Positions 9,432 to 17,065 of a stretch of DNA of 64,000 nt are shown here, piece after piece; positions within the stretch are counted from its first letter, which is position 1, and every line of letters begins with the position of its first letter. The translations under genes and the position numbers were made by a program. The DNA is taken from positions 83,087-147,086 of the forward strand of contig JAKAVV010000006.1 in assembly GCA_021817145.1 (NCBI GenBank), given 5' to 3'. Origin of the DNA: a bacterium. Lineage in GTDB: Bacteria; Vulcanimicrobiota; JABDET01. The notes below the pieces were generated by a model. The model searched no databases, was not told the origin of the DNA, and saw nothing but the letters and a program-made list of their open reading frames with translations.

Positions 9432-10585
9432 TTGACTCTATCCAAATCCAACCGGCCAGCCTTAAGGATAGAGAGGAGTTGCTGAAGCTTTATTTTTTAA
9501 CTTATGGCAGAGATTATCCCCTGGCTTATGGCACAGATTCCCAAAAAATGACAGAGGCGATCAGCTCAGAAGAGTATGAATGGCTGACTGCTCGCGATCT
9601 GAAAAATGACTCTATCATTGGCTCTATTGTCTTTGAGTTAGATCGCCTGAATAAAGTGGGAAAAGCAGCTGCTCTTGTGGTTCATCCGGATTATCGAAAA
9701 GCTGGAATTGGCTCTCAGCTTTTAGCCAGAGGGAATGCCTTAATTGGTTCTGATGGGTTCCTTAATTCGATTTACACGACGACCCGAACTCAAAATATTG
9801 GGCCCCAGTTAATCTGCCTTCGCGAAGGGTATCTCCCTTTGGGGATCTTTCCCAATGCTCATAAACTGAAAACTTATGAAACAACGACCTTGATGGTAAA
9901 GTTTAAAGAAGGAGCTCTGGAGAAACGAATTTCAATAGAAAAGATCCCCCAGAAATTGATTCCTCTTTATGAAGTCGTAAGGGAAAGGCTTCCTGAAATT
10001 AATCTTCCTAAATGCGCAGAAATGTCAAATGGGATTTCAGGACGTCTGCCTCGGAAAGAAGTTTCCTTTGAGGCGATCTTTGCTCCCAATTATGTGCTGC
10101 GCAGGTTCAGATCCGATGTCATGGATCCACAAAATCAGTTTTACCCTTTTCACTCTCCCAACCTGCTTTTAGCAGAAGAAAATGGGAATATTGAGGTTTT
10201 CGCGTTTTTTAACAAATCAGATGGATACTGCACCTTGATCTCCTTTAATCCTCCGATTTATGAGCTTGAAGATGTGATTCCCGCCCTTTTAGACAAGCTT
10301 CATGGACTTGGGGTTTCTTATGTGGAAGTTTTGGTTGGAACAGATCGAATCCAATCCATTGAGGTTTTGCTGCGTTCTCAATTTCTCCCTTCTGCTCTTT
10401 ACCCTGCCATGAGGGAAGTAAAAGGGAGAACTTATGATTTTGTGGTTATGACTCGCACCATGGAGCCTCTCAATTTCCGCGGAATGCAGATTGAGCAGGC
10501 ATTTAAACCTTATATTGACCAATATGTGAATTTATGGAAATCAATGTATTTAGAAACCCTTGAGGTATTTAGAGATTATGAATGA
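9428..10585 (+). CDS. GNAT N-acyltransferase with long C-terminal extension
   Basis: LVVHPDYRKAGIGSQLL acyl-CoA motif A; ATG 9428 overlaps the MFS stop (ATGA). Confidence 0.8.
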   Translation: MIDSIQIQPASLKDREELLKLYFLTYGRDYPLAYGTDSQKMTEAISSEEYEWLTARDLKNDSIIGSIVFELDRLNKVGKAAALVVHPDYRKAGIGSQLLARGNALIGSDGFLNSIYTTTRTQNIGPQLICLREGYLPLGIFPNAHKLKTYETTTLMVKFKEGALEKRISIEKIPQKLIPLYEVVRERLPEINLPKCAEMSNGISGRLPRKEVSFEAIFAPNYVLRRFRSDVMDPQNQFYPFHSPNLLLAEENGNIEVFAFFNKSDGYCTLISFNPPIYELEDVIPALLDKLHGLGVSYVEVLVGTDRIQSIEVLLRSQFLPSALYPAMREVKGRTYDFVVMTRTMEPLNFRGMQIEQAFKPYIDQYVNLWKSMYLETLEVFRDYE

Positions 10586-11750
10586 GATTCAGGTTCCTGA
10601 TTCTGCGGCATTGAAAAGTGTCCAATCATTGTGCGAGATCAACACTCCTTATGATTGGACAGAGCGCTCTGAGAAGTTGTTTGCAGAAGGGATGAAAGAG
10701 ATTGTAAGCTGGCATATTCGAAACAATCGTTTTTTTCGAAGTTTGATGGAATCCCGAAGTTTTACCCCTGATCAGATTAAAAATTCTGATGACTGCGCTC
10801 ATATCCCCTTTGTTTTAGCAAATTATTTCAAAACTCATGAAGAGCTTTCAATACCAAAGGATCAGATTGTTCTGCATGCCACTTCCTCTGGAACCACAGG
10901 GCAGAAATCTCAATTTTTCTTTGATGATTGGACACTTAGGGCAACACAAAGAATGATTGACTGGATTTTTGGGTTTTACGGCTGGACTTCTCCAGATAAA
11001 CCCGCTAATTATCTTCTTTATTCTTATGAGATTGAGCCAGATTTAAAGCTTGGAACCGCTTATACTGACAATTTTCTCTGCAAGTATGCCCCTGTGAATC
11101 ATCTGTTTTATGCTCTCAGAAGAACAGGCTCTGGAACCCATGAATTTGATCTTTTTGGGTGTATTGAAAAACTGATCGAGTATTCAAAAACAAAGCTTCC
11201 AGTCCGTATTTTTGGTTTTCCCGCATTCCTCCATTTTACTCTGGAACGGATGCGAGCTTTGAGAATACCCAAGCTTGAGCTTTCTCCTGATTCTCTCGTG
11301 TTTTTAGGAGGAGGATGGAAAGGGTATGCAGACCAGCAGATTGATAAACGGGAATTGTATCACAGAGTGACAGAGCAGTTAGGGATTCCTGATCACAGAC
11401 TTCGGGATGGGTTTGGTTCTGTGGAGCACAGCATTCCCTATATTGAATGCGAGTCTCACGAATTCCATGTTCCAATCTGGTCTAGAGTTTATATTCGCGA
11501 TGTGAAAACCTTGACCCCTCTTCCAACAGGTTCAGAAGGGTTTCTGCAGTTTGTCACTCCAACAGTTACCTCTGTCCCAGCTTGCAGCGTTTTAATGGGA
11601 GATTTAGCTTCCTGGTATGAAGGAAGTTCTTGTCCTTGCCCTTTATCCACTCCGTATTTTGTGGTGCATGGAAGAGCAGGTATTTCAAAAAACAAAAGCT
11701 GCGCAGTCACTGCTGCAGAGATGCTGGGTAAAGAAAGGAGCGGCCCATGA
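10578..11750 (+). CDS. LuxE-family acyl-protein synthetase
   Basis: ATSSGTTGQKS, FGFPAF, GGGWKG, RDGFGSVEH, VLMGDLA. Confidence 0.88.
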   Translation: MNEIQVPDSAALKSVQSLCEINTPYDWTERSEKLFAEGMKEIVSWHIRNNRFFRSLMESRSFTPDQIKNSDDCAHIPFVLANYFKTHEELSIPKDQIVLHATSSGTTGQKSQFFFDDWTLRATQRMIDWIFGFYGWTSPDKPANYLLYSYEIEPDLKLGTAYTDNFLCKYAPVNHLFYALRRTGSGTHEFDLFGCIEKLIEYSKTKLPVRIFGFPAFLHFTLERMRALRIPKLELSPDSLVFLGGGWKGYADQQIDKRELYHRVTEQLGIPDHRLRDGFGSVEHSIPYIECESHEFHVPIWSRVYIRDVKTLTPLPTGSEGFLQFVTPTVTSVPACSVLMGDLASWYEGSSCPCPLSTPYFVVHGRAGISKNKSCAVTAAEMLGKERSGP

Positions 11751-14293
11751 GCCCTCAGATAAAACCGCATTTATGGCAGGGAAACTGGCTGGATGATTCC
11801 GAGCTCAAAGAGGCAGTTAAGAATTTGTCCCGTATGATTAAGGATGCTCTGCAAGCTCCTCTTGACACTCGATCATTGATTCAATCTTGCGATCGGTTAA
11901 GCCAGAAATTGAAGGATGAAAAAGGGGAAATTTACGAGGTCTTATTTAGAACTTTGATAAAGGGTTCTGACATGAACCCTCTAGAGATTTCCAATGGACT
12001 TTTAGAGATTTCCGAGTTTCTGAGAGGTGAAAATCTTGAGCAGAAGCTCAAGAGAGAGTTTGGGACAATAGATCCATTCAATTTTTCTCGCCCTGACCGA
12101 AGGTTTTCGGTGTTTGAGAAGTGGGCTCCACTTGGTTTTCTTGTCCATACTGCTCCCACAAATTCTTTCAGCGTTGGGGCTTTATCTGTTGTTGAGGGGT
12201 TGCTGGCAGGGAATGTGAATTTTCTCAAAACCGGCGGTTCTGATGGACTGTTTGCGCAGTCTTTTTTGAAATTTTTGATGGATCTTGATGTATCAGGACT
12301 GACAGCTTCTAAAATTTTTGTGTGCAGAATCTCTTCTCGAGATAAAGAGCTCTTAAAAGAGATCTTTTCTCATGCGGATGGAATTGCAGCTTGGGGCGGG
12401 GAAGAGGGTGTTGAAGGGGTTAGAGCTCTTGCTCCTCCACTTGCCCGATTTATTGACTGGGGTCCAAAAATTTCATTTGCCTATTTTGCCGCAGAAAATA
12501 TTGGAAATAGGGAAGAGATCTCCCGGTTTGCCTATGACTGCTGTTTTTTAGATCAGCAGGCTTGTTCCAGCCCTCAGTGTGTTTATGTGGAAACATCAGA
12601 TTCGAGAAAACTGAAAGAGTTTGCTCTCCAGCTTGGAGCAGAACTGGAAAAAATTTCTCCCAATATCCAGAAAAAGGATCCAGATATTCATGAACAGGCA
12701 GAGATTACTTCTGTGACAGAGCTCTGCCGCCTGGAATCCTGCTTTGGTTTAACTGAAGTACTCGAAGATCAAGATAAAAGTTGGAGGATTTTAATTGATC
12801 ATGCCAGCGCTTTAAGAGCTTCTCCGCTTTTTAGAACGATCTGGGTGAAACCGATTCAAAGGGATCGGATTCTGGAGACGTTTAGACCTTTTCGATTTTA
12901 TCTTCAAACAGCTGCTCTTTCCTGCAGTCTTAATTCTTTAGCTGAAATCAGCGAGGCTCTTGTCAGAGCTGGTATTCTTCGTATTACTCCTGTTGGGAAA
13001 ATGCTGGAAAGTTATTCAGGGGAGCCCCATGATGGAGTTTATGCTCTTCAGAGGTATGCTCGCAGAATCAGTTTGCAGCTGGATCAAAAAGCAGAAGGGA
13101 TCTCCACTTTTTCGGAGCTGACTCCAGTTCTGCGCAAGCCCCCTCAGGTTCGGATTATGAGTAAACAGGAGTTTCAATCAGCCCCTCTTGATCCAGAGCG
13201 CTCCCATCTTTATTTTAAAAGCGGAGGCTCTAGCGGGGATCCGAAACTTTCTGTTTTCAGTTATAATGAATATCACCTTCAGATGAAAGCAGGGGCAGAT
13301 GGGCTTTTTGCCGCTGGGCTTGATCCAGCAAAAGATCGATGTATGAATCTCCTTTATGCTGGAGGGCTTTACGGCGGATTTGTCAGTATATTTTCGGTTT
13401 TAGAGGATTTAAATGCGGTTCAATTTCCTATGGGGGCTCATCCTGATACAAGGATGGTGGCTGAAACAATTGCCGCGCATCAGGTGAATGTTCTTATTGG
13501 AATGCCCTCTTATTTGATTCAGCTTTTTATGCAGAATTCCGATTTTTTTAAAGAGCATCCAGTAGTAGAGAAGATTTTTTATGGGGGGGAACATTTTAAT
13601 GAAGTTAAAAAGCGGCATTTTAGAAATGTTTTTGGGGTAAAGATTATTCGTTCTGCTGCTTATGGGAGTGTTGATGCTGGCCCAATTGGGTTTCAGTGCC
13701 AATACTGTGAAGGGAGTGTTCATCACCTTTTCAGCGATCTTCATGTCCTTGAGATTTTAGATTTGAATCAAGATATCTCTGTGCCTGTTGGAGAACCTGG
13801 AAGAGTGGTTTTAACTTCTCTGGCTCGAGTGGGACAGAAATTGGAAAGGTATGAGATTGGAGATACGGCTCGGCTTCTGCCTGGAGAGTGCCCTTGTGGG
13901 CGCAGATCCCCTCGATTTGAGCTTCTGGGAAGACATGGGGATGTTTTCAGAATTGGGAGCATGTTCTTTAATTACGCAAAGTTTGAAAATATTCTTGCTG
14001 AGGAGTTGAATTACACAGGTGAACTGCAAATCTTTCTCCGATCAGGAAAAGGAATAGGGAAAGAAGAGCTGCATCTTCAGCTTTCAAAGGAGAGTGGGCT
14101 GGGGCGGGAAGATGTAAAGTTAGTAAAATCTGCGATTTTGGATGGATATCAAGATCTCAAGGAAGTGGTGGATAGGGAGAAAATTCTTGATTTTACCATT
14201 TCTCTGGTCCCTTCAGTGGAATTTCAGAGAATTCCTGGCAGCGGCAAACTGCGCAGGATTGTAGATGAAAGGCTGACACAGGAAATGAAATGA
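11747..14293 (+). CDS. LuxC-type acyl-CoA reductase fused to a C-terminal PaaK-like (phenylacetate-CoA ligase family) adenylation domain
   Basis: PLGFLVHTAPTN, AWGGEEG, DQQACSSPQ (catalytic Cys); then FKSGGSSGDPK, YGSVDAG, RYEIGD, GRHGD. Confidence 0.88.
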   Translation: MSPQIKPHLWQGNWLDDSELKEAVKNLSRMIKDALQAPLDTRSLIQSCDRLSQKLKDEKGEIYEVLFRTLIKGSDMNPLEISNGLLEISEFLRGENLEQKLKREFGTIDPFNFSRPDRRFSVFEKWAPLGFLVHTAPTNSFSVGALSVVEGLLAGNVNFLKTGGSDGLFAQSFLKFLMDLDVSGLTASKIFVCRISSRDKELLKEIFSHADGIAAWGGEEGVEGVRALAPPLARFIDWGPKISFAYFAAENIGNREEISRFAYDCCFLDQQACSSPQCVYVETSDSRKLKEFALQLGAELEKISPNIQKKDPDIHEQAEITSVTELCRLESCFGLTEVLEDQDKSWRILIDHASALRASPLFRTIWVKPIQRDRILETFRPFRFYLQTAALSCSLNSLAEISEALVRAGILRITPVGKMLESYSGEPHDGVYALQRYARRISLQLDQKAEGISTFSELTPVLRKPPQVRIMSKQEFQSAPLDPERSHLYFKSGGSSGDPKLSVFSYNEYHLQMKAGADGLFAAGLDPAKDRCMNLLYAGGLYGGFVSIFSVLEDLNAVQFPMGAHPDTRMVAETIAAHQVNVLIGMPSYLIQLFMQNSDFFKEHPVVEKIFYGGEHFNEVKKRHFRNVFGVKIIRSAAYGSVDAGPIGFQCQYCEGSVHHLFSDLHVLEILDLNQDISVPVGEPGRVVLTSLARVGQKLERYEIGDTARLLPGECPCGRRSPRFELLGRHGDVFRIGSMFFNYAKFENILAEELNYTGELQIFLRSGKGIGKEELHLQLSKESGLGREDVKLVKSAILDGYQDLKEVVDREKILDFTISLVPSVEFQRIPGSGKLRRIVDERLTQEMK

Positions 14294-14315
14294 TGGAGAC
14301 TGATGGGAATAGTGT

Positions 14316-15692
14316 ATGATGAGTGGACTGCAAAATAATCTGAAAGTTTATCATTGGAAAGAAATTGTGGATTGGGCAAGAGAAAATTCCCCTTTTTACA
14401 GGGAACTTTATCACGGCATTTTCCCAGTTGAAAAACTTTCTGATCTGCCGATTGTCAATCAAGATGATTTCTGGAAAGCGAACACAATTCAGAATAATCG
14501 AGTCTTAACCTCTTCAACCCTGGATGGAATTGTTTTTAAAAGCGGAGGAACAACAGGAAATCCGAAGTTTTCAGTTTTTACTCGTGAAGAGTGGAATGAC
14601 ATGGTTCATTTGTTTGGAGAAGGAATGAGTCAGGCTGGTATTTCTAAAGGGGACAGAGTCGGTAATCTTTTTTATGTTGGGGATCTGTATGGTTCATTTA
14701 TTTTTATTATGAGATCTTTAGAATCAGGACCTATTCCAGTTCTGCAGTTTCCGATTGGGGGAGGAACTTCTCTTGATACGATTTTAAAAACGGTGAATGA
14801 CTTTCAGATTAATGTTCTGGTTGGACCACCTACCACTCTTCTGAGCGCTGCTGCGTATTATCTTGAAAACCGCTTTTTGTATCCTGATATTCGTATTGAT
14901 AAAGCCCTTTATGGGGGAGAATCTATTTATTCGGATCAGAGAGAACAGCTGCTCACAGCTTTTCCTGGAGTAAAGATTCTATCTGTTGGGTATGCTAGTG
15001 TGGATGCAGGGCTATTGGGGTATGCCGCTAAAGATTGTCAGTTGGATGAACACAGAGTTTTTGCTTCTTCAGTCATTCTTGAGATTGTGGATGAAGAAAC
15101 AGGGCAGCCAATTGAAGAGGTTGGACATCCAGGAAAACTGACTGCTACCAGTTTGACAAGAAGATTGATGCCGATTATTCGGTATCCTGTTGGGGATCGG
15201 GCTGAATGGAAAGAGCCCTTTTCAGAAGAGAAAAAGGATCGGAAATTTTTGCTTTTAGGGCGTTCTGATGATGCTGCTCGCATTGGGCCTCTTTCTGTTT
15301 ATTATGAAGATATGAGAGAGATTATTGCCGCGGCTAATACTGGGGTTCCAATCACTGCCTTTCAACTTGTGGTCCGTCATTCGAATAAAAAAGATGGATT
15401 GATTGTGCGAATGGCGGTCTTACCAGAAGAGCTCCAGGACAGAGCTTTGCAAAGCCAGGAAAGTGGAGGCAAAGTTCAGGAAAGTCGAGAAAGCAGCGGC
15501 AGAGCTTCGAAGAAGTTAGACAAAGCTTGGGAAAAGATCCTGAATCTGTTTAATCAAGAGCGTTCCGCTTATCTGCAGGCAGTAGAGCGAGATTTGATTT
15601 ATCCAATGGCTGTGGAGTGGACCACTTCTGATCAAATGAAAATCAACTTGAGGACAGGAAAGCTGAAGCGAGTGATTGATCAGCGTAAATAA
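14316..15692 (+). CDS. PaaK/phenylacetate-CoA ligase family adenylate-forming enzyme
   Basis: FKSGGTTGNPK, GYASVDAG, IIRYPVGDRA, LLGRSDD. Confidence 0.88.
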   Translation: MMSGLQNNLKVYHWKEIVDWARENSPFYRELYHGIFPVEKLSDLPIVNQDDFWKANTIQNNRVLTSSTLDGIVFKSGGTTGNPKFSVFTREEWNDMVHLFGEGMSQAGISKGDRVGNLFYVGDLYGSFIFIMRSLESGPIPVLQFPIGGGTSLDTILKTVNDFQINVLVGPPTTLLSAAAYYLENRFLYPDIRIDKALYGGESIYSDQREQLLTAFPGVKILSVGYASVDAGLLGYAAKDCQLDEHRVFASSVILEIVDEETGQPIEEVGHPGKLTATSLTRRLMPIIRYPVGDRAEWKEPFSEEKKDRKFLLLGRSDDAARIGPLSVYYEDMREIIAAANTGVPITAFQLVVRHSNKKDGLIVRMAVLPEELQDRALQSQESGGKVQESRESSGRASKKLDKAWEKILNLFNQERSAYLQAVERDLIYPMAVEWTTSDQMKINLRTGKLKRVIDQRK

Positions 15693-15814
15693 GCTTCCCC
15701 TGGGATAAAAGATTCTGCTTCTAAAGAAATTGGACTTTCATATTGACAATCTCTTACGAAATGTATTGGTTAGGTGTGGGTAGCACCTCCTGCGTAAGGT
15801 GAGGGGTATCAATT

Positions 15815-16813
15815 TTGAAAAAATGTAAAAGAAGGATAAAATGGACTGGTGAAGAATTTACTCTTATGACTAACTCAGAACCACACATCAATCCAGAGCC
15901 ACGAACTGAACCACCCTCACACATTAACCTGCAGTTAAAGCCAACAGGAACAGAACCTAAACTCCAGGCAGAACTTAAACTCCAAACAGAACCTAAGCCG
16001 CAAGTCAAATCCTTCCTCTTCTGTTCTAAAGGATCTCAAGATAATCCCTGCTCCCTTATGAAAAATGGAACAAAAAAGCGAAAACCTAAAGGATTAACCC
16101 CTTTTGACCCTGATACCATTCGCGTCCAGCGGTACTACTGCAGAACCCACCAACGCTTCTTCACTGAAATCCCTTCTTCTCTTCTGCCCAGAGTCCACTA
16201 TACTGCCCCTGTTGTCACTTTTTCTCTCGATTATTTTATCTTCCCTAAATATTTAAAATACCGCAGAACCAAACATCTCAGCCGTGGGCGTGCGTGGAGA
16301 AAAGAGCCGAAGATTCATTCCACTTCGAAGTTGAGAGAGCAGATAATGAAGAATGAAGAGTTGAAGGAAGATCTGCTGAATCGGCTGGCTAAGCAGAGGG
16401 CAGTGCAGGCAGAAATGCGGGAAGAAGGGCAGAGTAATTTGCAGGAGCAGCTGCAGGGGCAGAGCAGCCTTGAGAGGCAGAGCAGTCAGGAGTTGGCAGG
16501 GCAGAGCAGCCTTGAGGGGCAGAGCAGTCAGAAGCTGGAGAGACAGAGCAGTCTCGAAGGACAGAAGGAGCAGCTTCCTTCACTTCCTCATCAGAGGACA
16601 ATTCGCAGATGGATAAGAGTGCTTTCAGCTGGATGGGATCATCTGCATAAAACCGTGGCTCGCTATTTTGATAAATGGTGGAATCTTTTTTGGTATCGGA
16701 CGAGAAGTGGGGTTTTTGATCTTTTTTCTCTGCAGTCTTTTCTGAATGGATTATCCTGGGAGGAGAAGAGGAGAGGATCCCCTTACTACTACGCTTTTGT
16801 TCGTTCCCCGTAA
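15815..16813 (+). CDS. DUF6431-like Zn-ribbon plus HTH protein with low-complexity repeat insertions
   Basis: C...C..KNG..RK...RVQRYYCRTH..FTEIPSSLLPRVHY and RTIRRW motifs; EPKLQ and GQSSLE repeats. Confidence 0.55.
   Translation: MKKCKRRIKWTGEEFTLMTNSEPHINPEPRTEPPSHINLQLKPTGTEPKLQAELKLQTEPKPQVKSFLFCSKGSQDNPCSLMKNGTKKRKPKGLTPFDPDTIRVQRYYCRTHQRFFTEIPSSLLPRVHYTAPVVTFSLDYFIFPKYLKYRRTKHLSRGRAWRKEPKIHSTSKLREQIMKNEELKEDLLNRLAKQRAVQAEMREEGQSNLQEQLQGQSSLERQSSQELAGQSSLEGQSSQKLERQSSLEGQKEQLPSLPHQRTIRRWIRVLSAGWDHLHKTVARYFDKWWNLFWYRTRSGVFDLFSLQSFLNGLSWEEKRRGSPYYYAFVRSP
15951..16004 (+). repeat. 18-bp tandem repeat, about 3 copies (EPKLQA-like)
   Basis: cagaacctaaactccagg / cagaacttaaactccaaa / cagaacctaagccgcaag. 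Confidence 0.85.
16425..16575 (+). repeat. Alternating 18/24-bp tandem repeats (GQSSLE / RQSSQELA)
   Basis: Recurrent ggcagagcag core followed by ccttgag or tcaggag/tcagaag. Confidence 0.85.
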
Positions 16814-17065
16814 AGGGATGGGTTGACCAGTCCATTTTGTTCGTAATCGTCAATTTTCCCAAACACGCCCCCCTTGCTGTATGGAATGTGCGCTGTAAGA
16901 TTGCTCCTTGTTGTCGTACCTTTTGCTGTGTGTGGCTGCTTTTTGCTGCTTTCAAATTAAGGATGTGAACTGATGGCGATCATTGTCCTGTTTCAAAAAA
17001 ATTGGACTTTTGTTGTTGAACCTATTAGTGGGTTCATTGATTTTTCACAGTTTGGCCAATCCAGT

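Larger units (their letters stand above)
15727..17010. mobile_element. Putative ~1.3-kb insertion element bounded by a 12-bp direct repeat, with an internal 13-bp inverted repeat
   Basis: aaattggacttt at 15727-15738 and 16999-17010; aaaatggactggt at 15838-15850 / accagtccatttt at 16826-16838; composition differs from flanks. Confidence 0.45.

Noticed and set aside
10578-14293. Bioluminescence operon
   Set aside because: No luxA, luxB or luxD in the window
16389-16955. 188-aa antisense ORF
   Set aside because: Mirror of the low-complexity repeats; the motifs are on the + strand
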